Shown here in pieces: positions 50,641 to 64,000 of a stretch of DNA of 64,000 nt (the first letter of the stretch is position 1; every line of letters begins with the position of its first letter). A program made the position numbers and the translations under genes. The notes beneath the pieces were generated by a model. It did no database searches, was not told the DNA's origin, and saw only the letters and a program-made list of their open reading frames with translations. Origin of the DNA: Octopus vulgaris (taxonomy: Eukaryota). The DNA lies in contig OX597819.1 in assembly GCA_951406725.2 (NCBI GenBank), forward strand, positions 71,114,001 through 71,178,000. The letters run 5' to 3'.

Positions 50641-53600
50641 GAAGCTTCTTTTCGTAATAAATGCGTTTCATCTTCTACTGTGTCACGAGAATCCAAGGGC
50701 ATCTGTAATGTATGAAAAAAATATAAATTATTATAAGAGGAACAGACTAAGTAAAAAGTAAGATTAATGGGCATTGAGCGATTCGAGTCCTACAACTTAA
50801 ATGGTGAATATCCGGTTTCCTAGGTCTATAGTGACACTAACCAATCAAAATCAACATTGCATGCATGAACAAGTAGCAATAGTAGAGATAACATTTATTC
50901 CATAACTACCAACTAATAGTAAGCTAAATACAGAATATGTGTGTGTGCACGCGCGTGCAAAGGATATATATATATATATCAATCGAGAGTTCTATTGTGG
51001 CGTTTGGAAGCGCTTGATGGAGGACATTCGGCGAGAGAGACCGGATCTGTGGAGCGTGAAACATTGGATTCTTCACGACCACAATGCTCCCTGTCATCAA
51101 GCTCTCCTCACTCGTGAGTTTCTCGCCAAAAATAAAATGGTATCACTTCCGTACCCACCCTATTCGCCAGATTTAGCACTTGCTGACTTCCAACTCTTCC
51201 CCAAGATGAAAACGCAGCTCAAAGGTCGCCGTTTTAACACCGTTGTCGAGATCTAGAGCGAATCGCAGAAGGTCCTTGACTCGCCTGTAGAAAACGACTC
51301 CCAGGCTGGACATCAAAATGGCAGGAATGCTGGGACCGGTGTATTGCTGAGCAAGGTGACTATTTTCATGGAGACGATGTTAAAACTTAGGTAAATAATT
51401 TACCTTTTTATTAAACATGGCGAGTCCTGGAATCTTTTGATACCACTTCGTATATATACACACACACTAAATCGAGCTTCCTTATAATTTCCAACTCCCA
51501 ATGTGCTGAGCAAGAGAATCGAACCTATCTCTTCATGCCTGAGAAGCGAGGTTCATAACCACTCATATCAATCCACTTACGACTATATTCAATAGAGAAG
51601 ACACCAAGAAATGATTGCAATATCGATGCTTACCAGCAGATTCAGGTCAGTTACATAGGATTCAACAAATCTCAAATAGCAATAACGCTTAGCCTTTGAA
51701 TCAGCAGTAAGCTTAGAACAGGCAGCCGGCACTACTATGAGTTTAGCAGGAACACACACACGGTCATTTTCTCTTTCCACTTGGATTTCAATCACGGTGG
51801 CGTTTTCCCCGAGTTTGGGAAAGATGTTGACTAGGGCCATCTGTAATGATAGATGATTTCAGAGAATTCATATATTTTATATTTATTGACAGTTTTGTAT
51901 GTCAATATTTTCAATTTATTATTTTCTATAGAATATTAAATCATGAGAAAGTAATCCCTTTAAATAGATTTATAATCTACCGACTAAAAGTTTGATCACC
52001 CCATACACATAATTTAAAATAACTTGTCTGTTATAAGTTTGGAAGTCTTACAGCTCATTTTAACCTAAAACGCTTTGCAAAAACGACTTGTTATTACATT
52101 TCATTATTTCTTTCAGCTCCTCAATGTTTTTCGTTTTCTGTCATTCATTTCTTTTCTTGAAAAACAAAATTCTTTCACGATTCACAATGGTAAAATGTTA
52201 TCGTGAACACATGGAAATTGCGACTTAGGGTATGTCGCCTTTGGAAGTTTATGATTGTCGAAAATTTCAAACGTTAAGGCTTTGTAATGATTTTATTATT
52301 TATTTCTACCGAAAATGAATGTGATTTTATCATCAACATGTAACATTCTATCAGGGTAGAAAATTAAAAACAAAACATGTCAGTAAGAAAGGTTTTAAAA
52401 TCTGAATTAACTGTAAAATAGTTTAGACATACCTTCTGGTCCATGGGGATTTTCTCTTGAATGTACATCTGAGGCAACGGAAGAACGTTTCTCAAAATGT
52501 GAGTAAATTGATAGCATTCGTTTATAGACCTCGGTGTGCACTGTAGGAGAATATGTTACAATAATGTTTTTAGATATATAAAGACTGGATAAAATTATCT
52601 AGTATGTACGTAAACAGCGACCCCCAAGCCAAAACGGAAGGTGCTACATTGAAATGTCAATATATATCGGTGTTCATTTGCTTACGTATTCAAAACCTAG
52701 CGGTTCGGTAATATGCTAGTGAAGTTAAACAGATAATAATTGTGTCTTTATGTAATTGAGGGGAAGGGTTCATCATTTCTTTTTTAGTTATCATCACAAT
52801 TTGGATTGGTGTACATCGTACACTTTCTACTTTTCCATTTGTCAAACTGTAAAACGTGGGACGGTTTTTACACGCACCTTTCATAATATAGAATAAAACA
52901 GAAATGACTAAATCTTAGAGAATTAAGTGAATACTTACATAAATTTTGAAAGTAATGTTTCCATCTCCCGATAATATTTCGATGGTTTTCAATACCAACT
53001 CAGCATCATTTGTTGTTGATTGCTTGGATGTATTTGCGAGTCGTATTGCCGCAAATAGAATGATCGCAAACAAAATATAGTTTATATCTAAATGAGAAAA
53101 TGATGAAGGAAATGTGAAGATATTAGTATTTCATCAATATTTGATACTAGAAATGTTTCGACTTCGACAAACTATTACATTCAGATGCTAAAGTCAAGCT
53201 CTGACAAAAAAAGTTTATTTGGTACCAGCAGTGTGTCAACGGAAAGCAAGGAGAGAAAGAATACCGTCTTTTTATAGTAATGGTGGCGATCAGCATTATT
53301 CCATATAAATATTTTTTATATTTTGTTTATATTTGTTCGGTTGATGGGACGATAGTAGAAAACGAAAGACGAAAAATAGAAGAGCAATTTTGAGGCATTA
53401 ACAACTTCGCTTTACAACGACATATTGTGTTCAACCCTATTGCACTTTCTACAAAGGTCCCGGGGCCAATTAAAGCTTTGTAAGTTCATTCAATTGACAG
53501 AAGACTGGAAAATGTAATACTTTTTAATTCTAAGTAATAATTTTATTACAGGATAGCAGTTATAAGGTGTATATATGAAAATACGCACACACAGACACAC

Positions 53601-53689
53601 ACAGACACACACAGACAGACAGAGACACACACACAGACAGACACACACACACACACATACATACATACATACATACATACATACATACA

Positions 53690-53740
<51 letters not shown>

Positions 53741-54030
53741 GAGGAGATTCGTTATAGGTATAAGAATATACGATAAACAAATTTTAAAAAATGGAGAGAT
53801 GTTGAAACAGAAATAGATTTATTACAAAACTGGATTCTATGCATACGTACGTTTCGAAAAACAATGCGAAAAATTTAAGAAAATATTATTAAATCATAAT
53901 TCACTTGTTCATTTCCAATATGGCTACCTTCCTTCTTGCTGCTTTTTCATTGCGGCTATCATGATGTAATCTTATACACATCCCATAAAATTAATTATCA
54001 TAATATAAAAACAAAACTTTTCTTACCCAT
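49782..54030 (-). CDS. Spliced gene, copy 2 (~462 aa to a TAG inside the array; the frame stays open beyond it to 48447)
   Basis: Exons 54030-54027, 53087-52939, 52540-52433, 51840-51634, 50702-49782; same splice sites as copy 1; differences seen in the unique region are K4N and R157M. Confidence 0.78.
50982..51450 (+). mobile_element. Mariner 3' fragment in intron 4 of copy 2
   Basis: Reverse complement of 31469-31937. Confidence 0.85.
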
Positions 54031-54650
54031 AATTATTGTGTTATGACTTGGAATGAGTAGAAATTGAGGTATTTAATTCAATGTTGTGTCCTAAAATGAT
54101 CCAGTGAAAATGTTGTGTCGACTCTCTCAGAGGATGAAACAGGTAGATACTGATGTCAAGAGAGAGGCTGAGTAAGCAACGTATCATATATTTTTTGCCA
54201 CGTAGCCTCACGTAACTGCGTAGATCAAAATTCTATTAATGCATAACATTCAATTTTATTTATCCATTCCAATTATGAATAATTGAATGCTGCTAGTTAA
54301 AAATCATTCTTTTTTTTTAACACTTGTCTTTTTATTAGCGAAGTCTGATATAAAATAATTTTTTTTTGTTTTAATCTTAGAATTAAATGTGTTTTGATTT
54401 ACCGTCAGGTGTTGACCAACCCTGTATACTCATAAATAATTACAGTCCGCTTTAATCGAGTTCGGCTTCTTTTTCTCTTGCTACTGTGAAATAAACACTT
54501 GATTTCATAAACAAATGTTAGTACCAAATACCTGCGAAATTAAAGGCAATCTTCTGGAGATGGTACATGATTCTAATGTCCTTAATGTAAAACAAAAAAA
54601 TTCACTACTGCTTCTACTAGTCTATATAACTTATATACTCGTATATAATA

Positions 54651-57600
54651 TGTTTATATTTGTTCGGTTGATGGGACGATAGTAGAAAACGAAAGACTAA
54701 AAATAGAAGAGCAATTTTGAGGCATTAACAAGTTCGCTTTACAACGACATATTGTGTTCAACCCTATTGCACTTTCTACAAAGGTCCCGGGGCCAATTAA
54801 AGCTTTGTAAGTTCATTCAATTGACAGAAGACTGGAAAATGTAAACAAGTGAATTAAATCATAATTCACTTGTTCATTTCCAATATGGCTACCTTCCTTC
54901 TTGCTGCTTTTTCATTGCGGCTATCATGATGTAATCTTATACACATCCCATAAAATTAATTATCATAATATAAAAACAAAACTTTTCTTACCCATAATTA
55001 TTGTGTTATGACTTGGAATGAGTAGAAATTGAGGTATTTAATTCAATGTTGTGTCCTAAAATGATCCAGTGAAAATGTTGTGTCGACTCTCTCAGAGGAT
55101 GAAACAGGTAGATACTGATGTCAAGAGAGAGGCTGAGTAAGCAACGTATCATATATTTTTTGCCACGTAGCCTCACGTAACTGCGTAGATCAAAATTCTA
55201 TTAATGCATAACATTCAATTTTATTTATCCATTCCAATTATGAATAATTGAATGCTGCTAGTTAAAAATCATTCTTTTTTTTTTAACACTTGTCTTTTTA
55301 TTAGCGAAGTCTGATATAAAATAATTTTTTTTTGTTTTAATCTTAGAATTAAATGTGTTTTGATTTACCGTCAGGTGTTGACCAACCCTGTATACTCATA
55401 AATAATTACAGTCCGCTTTAATCGAGTTCGGCTTCTTTTTCTCTTGCTACTGTGAAATAAACACTTGATTTCATAAACAAATGTTAGTACCAAATACCTG
55501 CGAAATTAAAGGCAATCTTCTGGAGATGGTACATGATTCTAATGTCCTTAATGTAAAACAAAAAAATTCACTACTGCTTCTACTAGTCTATATAACTTAT
55601 ATACTCGTATATAATATGTTTATATTTTTTCGGTTGATGGGACGATAGTAGAAAACGAAAGACTAAAAATAGAAGAGCAATTTTGAGGCATTAACAAGTT
55701 CGCTTTACAACGACATATTGTGTTCAACCCTATTGCACTTTCTACAAAGGTCCCGGGGCCAATTAAAGCTTTGTAAGTTCATTCAATTGACAGAAGACTG
55801 GAAAATGTAAACAAGTGAATTAAATCATAATTCACTTGTTCATTTCCAATATGGCTACCTTCCTTCTTGCTGCTTTTTCATTGCGGCTATCATGATGTAA
55901 TCTTATACACATCCCATAAAATTAATTATCATAATATAAAAACAAAACTTTTCTTACCCATAATTATTGTGTTATGACTTGGAATGAGTAGAAATTGAGG
56001 TATTTAATTCAATGTTGTGTCCTAAAATGATCCAGTGAAAATGTTGTGTCGACTCTCTCAGAGGATGAAACAGGTAGATACTGATGTCAAGAGAGAGGCT
56101 GAGTAAGCAACGTATCATATATTTTTTGCCACGTAGCCTCACGTAACTGCGTAGATCAAAATTCTATTAATGCATAACATTCAATTTTATTTATCCATTC
56201 CAATTATGAATGTTTAATAATTGAATGCTGCTAGTTAAAAATCATTCTTTTTTTTTAACACTTGTCTTTTTATTAGCGAAGTCTGATATAAAATAATTTT
56301 TTTTTGTTTTAATCTTAGAATTAAATGTGTTTTGATTTACCGTCAGGTGTTGACCAACCCTGTATACTCATAAATAATTACAGTCCGCTTTAATCGAGTT
56401 CGGCTTCTTTTTCTCTTGCTACTGTGAAATAAACACTTGATTTCATAAACAAATGTTAGTACCAAATACCTGCGAAATTAAAGGCAATCTTCTGGAGATG
56501 GTACATGATTCTAATGTCCTTAATGTAAAACAAAAAAATTCACTACTGCTTCTACTAGTCTATATAACTTATATACTCGTATATAATATGTTTATATTTG
56601 TTCGGTTGATGGGACGATAGTAGAAAACGAAAGACTAAAAATAGAAGAGCAATTTTGAGGCATTAACAAGTTCGCTTTACAACGACATATTGTGTTCAAC
56701 CCTATTGCACTTTCTACAAAGGTCCCGGGGCCAATTAAAGCTTTGTAAGTTCATTCAATTGACAGAAGACTGGAAAATGTAAACAAGTGAATTAAATCAT
56801 AATTCACTTGTTCATTTCCAATATGGCTACCTTCCTTCTTGCTGCTTTTTCATTGCGGCTATCATGATGTAATCTTATACACATCCCATAAAATTAATTA
56901 TCATAATATAAAAACAAAACTTTTCTTACCCATAATTATTGTGTTATGACTTGGAATGAGTAGAAATTGAGGTATTTAATTCAATGTTGTGTCCTAAAAT
57001 GATCCAGTGAAAATGTTGTGTCGACTCTCTCAGAGGATGAAAAGTAACTAGAATTGACAACAGTTGATGAAAAGTAACTAGAGTGGATGATAGCTGAGGA
57101 AAAGTAACTAGAATGGACAGCAGTTGATGAAAAGAAACTAGAGTGGACCACAGTCGATGAGAAGTAACTAGATTGGGCAGCAGTCGAGGTAAAGTAAATT
57201 GATTTGACGATTGTTGATGAAAAGTAACTTGATTGGACAATAGTCGATGAAAAGCTGAAGCTTCTTTTCGTAATAAATGCGTTTCATCTTCTACTGTGTC
57301 ACGAGAATCCAAGGGCATCTGTAATGTATGAAAAAAATATAAATTATTATAAGAGGAACAGACTAAGTAAAAAGTAAGATTAATGGGCATTGAGCGATTC
57401 GAATCCTACAACTTAAATGGTGAATATCCGGTTTCCTAGGTCTATAGTGACACTAACCAATCAAAATCAACATTGCATGCATGAACAAGTAGCAATAGTA
57501 GAGATAACATTTATTCCATAACTACCAACTAATAGTAAGCTAAATACAGAATATGTGTGTGTGCGCGCGCGTGCAAAGGATATATATATATATATCAATC

Positions 57601-59644
57601 GAGAGTTCTATTGTGGCGTTTGGAAGCGCTTGATGGAGGACATTCGGCGAGAGAGACCGGATACTGCTTCTACTAGTCTATATAACTTATATACTCGTAT
57701 ATAATATGTTTATATTTGTTCGGTTGATGGGACGATAGTAGAAAACGAAAGACTAAAAATAGAAGAGCAATTTTGAGGCATTAACAAGTTCGCTTTACAA
57801 CGACATATTGTGTTCAACCCTATTGCACTTTCTACAAAGGTCCCGGGGCCAATTAAAGCTTTGTAAGTTCATTCAATTGACAGAAGACTGGAAAATGTAA
57901 ACAAGTGAATTAAATCATAATTCACTTGTTCATTTCCAATATGGCTACCTTCCTTCTTGCTGCTTTTTCATTGCGGCTATCATGATGTAATCTTATACAC
58001 ATCCCATAAAATTAATTATCATAATATAAAAACAAAACTTTTCTTACCCATAATTATTGTGTTATGACTTGGAATGAGTAGAAATTGAGGTATTTAATTC
58101 AATGTTGTGTCCTAAAATGATCCAGTGAAAATGTTGTGTCGACTCTCTCAGAGGATGAAACAGGTAGATACTGATGTCAAGAGAGAGGCTGAGTAAGCAA
58201 CGTATCATATATTTTTTGCCACGTAGCCTCACGTAACTGCGTAGATCAAAATTCTATTAATGCATAACATTCAATTTTATTTATCCATTCCAATTATGAA
58301 TAATTGAATGCTGCTAGTTAAAAATCATTCTTTTTTTTTAACACTTGTCTTTTTATTAGCGAAGTCTGATATAAAATAATTTTTTTTTGTTTTAATCTTA
58401 GAATTAAATGTGTTTTGATTTACCGTCAGGTGTTGACCAACCCTGTATACTCATAAATAATTACAGTCCGCTTTAATCGAGTTCGGCTTCTTTTTCTCTT
58501 GCTACTGTGAAATAAACACTTGATTTCATAAACAAATGTTAGTACCAAATACCTGCGAAATTAAAGGCAATCTTCTGGAGATGGTACATGATTCTAATGT
58601 CCTTAATGTAAAACAAAAAAATTCACTACTGCTTCTACTAGTCTATATAACTTATATACTCGTATATAATATGTTTATATTTGTTCGGTTGATGGGACGA
58701 TAGTAGAAAACGAAAGACTAAAAATAGAAGAGCAATTTTGAGGCATTAACAAGTTCGCTTTACAACGACATATTGTGTTCAACCCTATTGCACTTTCTAC
58801 AAAGGTCCCGGGGCCAATTAAAGCTTTGTAAGTTCATTCAATTGACAGAAGACTGGAAAATGTAAACAAGTGAATTAAATCATAATTCACTTGTTCATTT
58901 CCAATATGGCTACCTTCCTTCTTGCTGCTTTTTCATTGCGGCTATCATGATGTAATCTTATACACATCCCATAAAATTAATTATCATAATATAAAAACAA
59001 AACTTTTCTTACCCATAATTATTGTGTTATGACTTGGAATGAGTAGAAATTGAGGTATTTAATTCAATGTTGTGTCCTAAAATGATCCAGTGAAAATGTT
59101 GTGTCGACTCTCTCAGAGGATGAAACAGGTAGATACTGATGTCAAGAGAGAGGCTGAGTAAGCAACGTATCATATATTTTTTGCCACGTAGCCTCACGTA
59201 ACTGCGTAGATCAAAATTCTATTAATGCATAACATTCAATTTTATTTATCCATTCCAATTATGAATGTTTAATAATTGAATGCTGCTAGTTAAAAATCAT
59301 TCTTTTTTTTTAACACTTGTCTTTTTATTAGCGAAGTCTGATATAAAATAATTTTTTTTTGTTTTAATCTTAGAATTAAATGTGTTTTGATTTACCGTCA
59401 GGTGTTGACCAACCCTGTATACTCATAAATAATTACAGTCCGCTTTAATCGAGTTCGGCTTCTTTTTCTCTTGCTACTGTGAAATAAACACTTGATTTCA
59501 TAAACAAATGCTAGTACCAAATACCTGCGAAATTAAAGGCAATCTTCTGGAGATGGTACATGATTCTAATGTCCTTAATGTAAAACAAAAAAAATCACTA
59601 CTGCTTCTACTAGTCTATATAACTTATATACTCGTATATAATAT
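54651..59644 (-). repeat. Tandem ~966-972-bp units carrying the promoter, exon 1 and part of intron 1
   Basis: Units start at 54651, 55617, 56589 (truncated), 57707 and 58672. Each is the reverse complement of 29592-29400 joined to 29026-28258. Confidence 0.92.
57035..57661 (-). pseudogene. Partial third gene copy (end of intron 4, exon 5 start at 57318, ~7 repeats)
   Basis: Matches ~50420-51045; joined to exon-1 UTR sequence through GATGAAA microhomology. Confidence 0.85.
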
Positions 59645-59792
59645 GCAAAATTTTTGAATACCAATATAGTAAAAAGTATTTCCTTCATTTTTATGGTTGT
59701 TGTTATTGTTTTATTATTATAATGATAATAATAACTATAGCAATTATTATTATTATTATTATTATTATCATTATTATTATTATTATTATTAT

Positions 59793-60895
59793 TCTATGTT
59801 TGACTTTTGCTTTATATTTGTACAAGTTGGCTCCAAGTCTCACCCAGAGACCTCAAGAGACAACAGGGTTGGAAGTTCATGTTGTTGTTATGCCTAGTGT
59901 GCCATATATTTGGGGGTGGGGATGTTGTACTAATGAATGTCTAAAAAGAAAAAAAGAAAGTTTTTTTTTTTTTTTTTTTTAAACCGAAAATTATGTTTGT
60001 TTTAAACCTTGAGATTACATAGAGAGTATTTTGCGTAGGATATGAGCAGTTCCCATGAGCACTATCTTTTGAACTTCTGCCATTTTTGGGTTTCCTGGTA
60101 TCTGAGTTAGGTAGCTATCAGCCCCTTTTGCTATCATTCCCAGGGCACCTATGACAACAGGTATTGTTTTAGTCTTCAGCTTCCACATTTTGCTGATTTC
60201 TATTTCAAGATCTTTATATTTGCTCAGTTTTTGGTAGGTCTTGACAGATACGTTTATATCGATTGGGACAGTCATATCAATGAGGAGGCATGTTCTTTGT
60301 TTGAAGTTTTTCAATATGATGTCTGGCCTATTTGCATCTATCTTCCTGTCAGTTTGAATGGTGAAGTTCCAGAGGAGTGAGATGTGGTCATTTTCAAGCA
60401 CTGGGGGTGGTTTGTGTTCCCACCAGTTTTTTTCATGGGGCAAATCCAGGTTTTTACAGATTACCCAGTGAATATATTGTGCAGCTCTATCGTGCCTGTT
60501 GAGATACTCTGTAGGCGCTAGAAGACTGCACTTGGAGACCACATGGTCAATGGTTTCATTTTGTTGCTTGCATACACGACACGTTGGACTGCTTCTGATC
60601 TTTAATATGTTGGCCTGGTAGTTTCTTGTTGGTAGGCATTGATCTTGAGCTGCTATGATAAACCCCTCTCTTTCAGATTTTAAGCCAGAGGCCATTAGCC
60701 ATTGATGGGTCAGGGCTTTGTCGATATCTGCATTATTCGCTCTCTTTGGGTATTTGCCATAGAGAGGTTTTTTCTTGCCATTTATTATTCAGAATATCTA
60801 AGGCCGCAGTTTTGGCACGGGTTTTCATGCGCCTAGCTTTTTCTGTGCTTGTTTCTTGTATATCTATCTCTAATTCCGAAATTGGTTGTATTCGG
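59793..60895 (-). mobile_element. R4/Dong family B, 5'-truncated (CCHC and RLE)
   Basis: CRVC..ETIDHVVSKC, RHD, NRPDIIL..LIDMTVP...ILSM; between (TTA)n tracts. Confidence 0.92.
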
Positions 60896-60980
<85 letters not shown>

Positions 60981-61020
60981 TTATTGTTATTATTATTATT
61001 ATCATTATTATTATTATTAT

Positions 61021-61391
61021 CATTGTCATTTACTTTTAATCTGCATGTTTGATGCAATCACCTGCCGGGGCACACCCAGCGCCCTAGGGCAAGTGAAGGT
61101 TAAGAGTTGTTGAAATATAGCTGAAAGCTTGGGGAGGGGAAGTAGAGATATATCTCCATGTAATGCAAACATAGACATTTACATTGATAGGGTTTTTCTA
61201 AGGATGTGGGCAGTACTTGTTAGCACAATCTTTTGGATTTCCTTGAGACATGGTTTTCCAGGGATATTGTCTAGGTGTTTCTGACATCCCTTTTTTATCA
61301 TACCTAGGGCACCTACAATAACAGGAACAGTTTTTGTTTTAAGATTCCACATCCTCTGTATTTCGATTTCCAGGTCCTTATATTTACTAAG
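61021..61391 (-). mobile_element. R4/Dong family D 3' fragment
   Basis: LSKYKDLEIEIQRMWNLKTKTVPVIVGALGMI...ILRKTLSM plus UTR. Confidence 0.9.
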
Positions 61392-64000
61392 TGTGATTTT
61401 CGACACCCATGCTCCTTTTGAGTACTAAAAGGAGAAACTGAATTAAAAAGGGGGAACTGATTAAACGAACAGCACTTTTACTAGTTTTGTGGAAGGAAAC
61501 AAACGAATATGGTCAGATTATATATGACTGATTGGCCAATATCGAAGGAATACACCAAGAGACTAGAATTTGTAGGAAGAAGTAAGTAACTGACCTTAAC
61601 CCAAACTGTAGCAAATGTATCGGGTTATCTACCAAGTAATATCCGAATTTTGGGTAAGAATTGAAAGTGATTGTTAAGATAAGTCGTTTTCTTCTTCCTA
61701 CAAATTGTAGCCCCTTGGTGTATTCCCTCGATATTGACTAGTCAGACATATATAATCTGATCATATTCATTTGTGTTTCCTTCCACAAAACTAGTAATAG
61801 AACTGTTCGTTTAATTCAGTTTCCTATTTTCACCCCTGCTATAGGCGTGGAGGTGGCCCAGTAAGCATTATGTTGCATCTTAATTATGGTTGACTGGCTT
61901 ATACCAAATATTACTCCACAATTTCCGATCTTCTTCTGCATAACGTTTTCTTATTTTCAGTACTTTCTTCTACATCATTTTGTTTTGGCTGTAGAGCCTG
62001 AATGAACATATAGAAAGAATGGCAGGCAATAAACAAGTAAACTTTAAGATTTTTCCAGTCCATAAATTTGATGTGAATGCAATTCAACACCAGCGCATTG
62101 ATAAACAGATGTTCTTAGTTATCAAATCGAAAACCCGACCAATTACGTCTATTGGAGAAAGGAAGACAATAATATCCTTCACCCCACCAACAATAATGCA
62201 AGGCTTACTGGTGCCACCTGCACACCTACTGCAAGGTTAACGATGGGAAGATGCCATAATCTAACAACACTATTACTAGTTTTGTGGAACGATACACGAA
62301 TGAATATGGTCAGATTATATATGACTGACTAGCGAATATCGGGGGCTACCATTTGTAGGAAAATGTAAATATCTGATCTTCACCTAAACTGTTGCAAATG
62401 TATCAGGTCATCTAATAAACAGTAAGAAAGAAAACCGACTGAATGTCACATTTTATCAAATTTAATCATCCTTTTTTATAATTACCATGATTATCAATGA
62501 CTTCCTTCAATCTACTTATCAGATTTTGTATTTCATTAAAAAAACTCTTTTGGCTGTGATGTGATGAAGAAAGGGAGATCACTTTCAACACGCTTGCGCC
62601 TGTTGAGTAATAATTCATCCAAAGCATTCTGTAACCTCTGAAAGAAATGTTTCAAGAATATTATATTGTAGCATTCATTTTCTTCTTGCAGCAAATTCTG
62701 GTTGTCAAGATGCTCGGAAATGCTTTCTGAGATCGTTGTTGTTAACAGCTTCCACAAGTGACTGATCTATAATTACTAGCTTTCTTAGCCTTACGTTTGC
62801 CTTCAATAAGGAGTACTACTCTCCCTCTAAAACATCCAAGGTGGTATTGATACTTCATTCACTCAATCCTGGAATTGTTCCCTCAGTTTCTCAAGTAAAA
62901 TACTAAATTTCTTTAACCTGAACCTCTGAGGTAAATCTGTTCCTGGCCCATCTAATTCAGCATATTTCCTTACATTTTACTCATTAATGTACTATTTAGT
63001 TTCAGATCTGGCCGCTTCCCACTGACAACTTCCTTCGTTTCTTTAACCATGCTGCAACTCCATTATGATTTACTGGCTTATACAAAATATTACTCCACAA
63101 CTCTCTAGCTTCTTCTGCATTAAGTTTTCTCATCTTCAGTACTTTCTTCAACATCATTTATTTGGCTATATAATCTGAATGAACTTCTAGAGAGATTGGA
63201 AGGCAATAACCAACTAAGCTTTAAGCGGTTTCCTCACCACAGATTTGATGTCAATGCAACTCATCACCAGTGCAAAAATAAACAGATGTTCTGATTTATC
63301 AAATAGAAAACTCAACCAATTACATTTGTCGGAGAAAGGGAGACAATAATGTCCTCCACCTCGCTAACAATAATGCAAAGCTTACTGTGGCTTCCTCAAA
63401 CTCCTATTGCAAGCTAAAAAATGGGAAAATGCCATGAGCTAACAGCATTATTACTAGTTCAATAGGGAATAATACTGCTCTGCCTCTAATCATCCAAGCT
63501 GGTATTACTACTCCATTCATTCAATCCTGGAATTGTACCCTTTAGACGATCAAGTAAGATATTCCTTTAACCAGTAACTTTGAACTACATCTGTTCAGCA
63601 TATTTCCTAACACTTTACTCATTAATGAACGATTTAGTTTCAGCTCTGGCTGCTTCAGACTGATAACTTCACTCCGTTTCTTTAACCATGCTGCATCTCC
63701 ATTATGATTGACTGGTTTATACCAAATATTACTCCACAATTTTGGAGCTTCTTCTGAATTAAGTTTTCTCATCTTCAGTACTTTCTCCAACATAATTTAT
63801 TTGGCTGTAAAACCTGATAGAACTTCTAGAGAGATTGACAGGCAATAAACAACTAAGCTTTAAGAGATTTCCTCTCCACAGATTTGATGTCAATGCAACT
63901 CATCACCAGCGCAATGATAAACAGATGTTCTGAGTTATCAAATAGAAAACATGACTGTATACGTCTGTTGGAGGAAAGAAGACAATAATGTCCTGCATCC
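61392..64000 (-). repeat. Second block of the R4/mariner macrosatellite
   Basis: 61450-63300 is a direct near-copy of 35105-36920, and 63277-64000 of 34323-35040. Confidence 0.85.

Noticed and set aside
50703-50774. ORF-track N-terminus MPINLTFYLVCSSYNNLYFFHTLQ
   Set aside because: This is intron 4 branch and pyrimidine-tract sequence upstream of the ttacag acceptor.

Overview
AT-rich, microsatellite-dense animal genomic DNA. It is most likely a coleoid cephalopod (Octopus-like), judged from its tRNA-derived SINEs and repeat content. Most of the window is transposon debris: mariner, Chapaev3, Helitron, RTE, CR1-type, HERO and R4/Dong retroelements, plus Penelope remnants carrying several hammerhead ribozymes. 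The main find is a 5-exon gene that the ORF track does not assemble. It encodes a signal peptide, a Cys-containing unique N-terminal region (about 180 aa including the signal peptide) and a long 30-bp/10-aa tandem-repeat exon. Two near-identical copies face each other (28.9-34.3 kb +, 48.4-54.0 kb -). There is also a detached repeat array (26.7-27.9 kb), a partial third copy, and about 5 extra tandem copies of the promoter/exon 1. The spliced frame reads the repeat as (LVTFHQLLST)n. The -1 frame is a mucin-like (FSSTAVHSSY)n punctuated by TGA/TGG at one fixed codon. The locus is flanked by stacks of (TAA)n-targeting Dong/Rex6-like elements and by a ~1.2-kb macrosatellite built from fused R4-RT and mariner fragments. 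All calls come from manual reading; no database searches were run, and assembly artefacts cannot be excluded.
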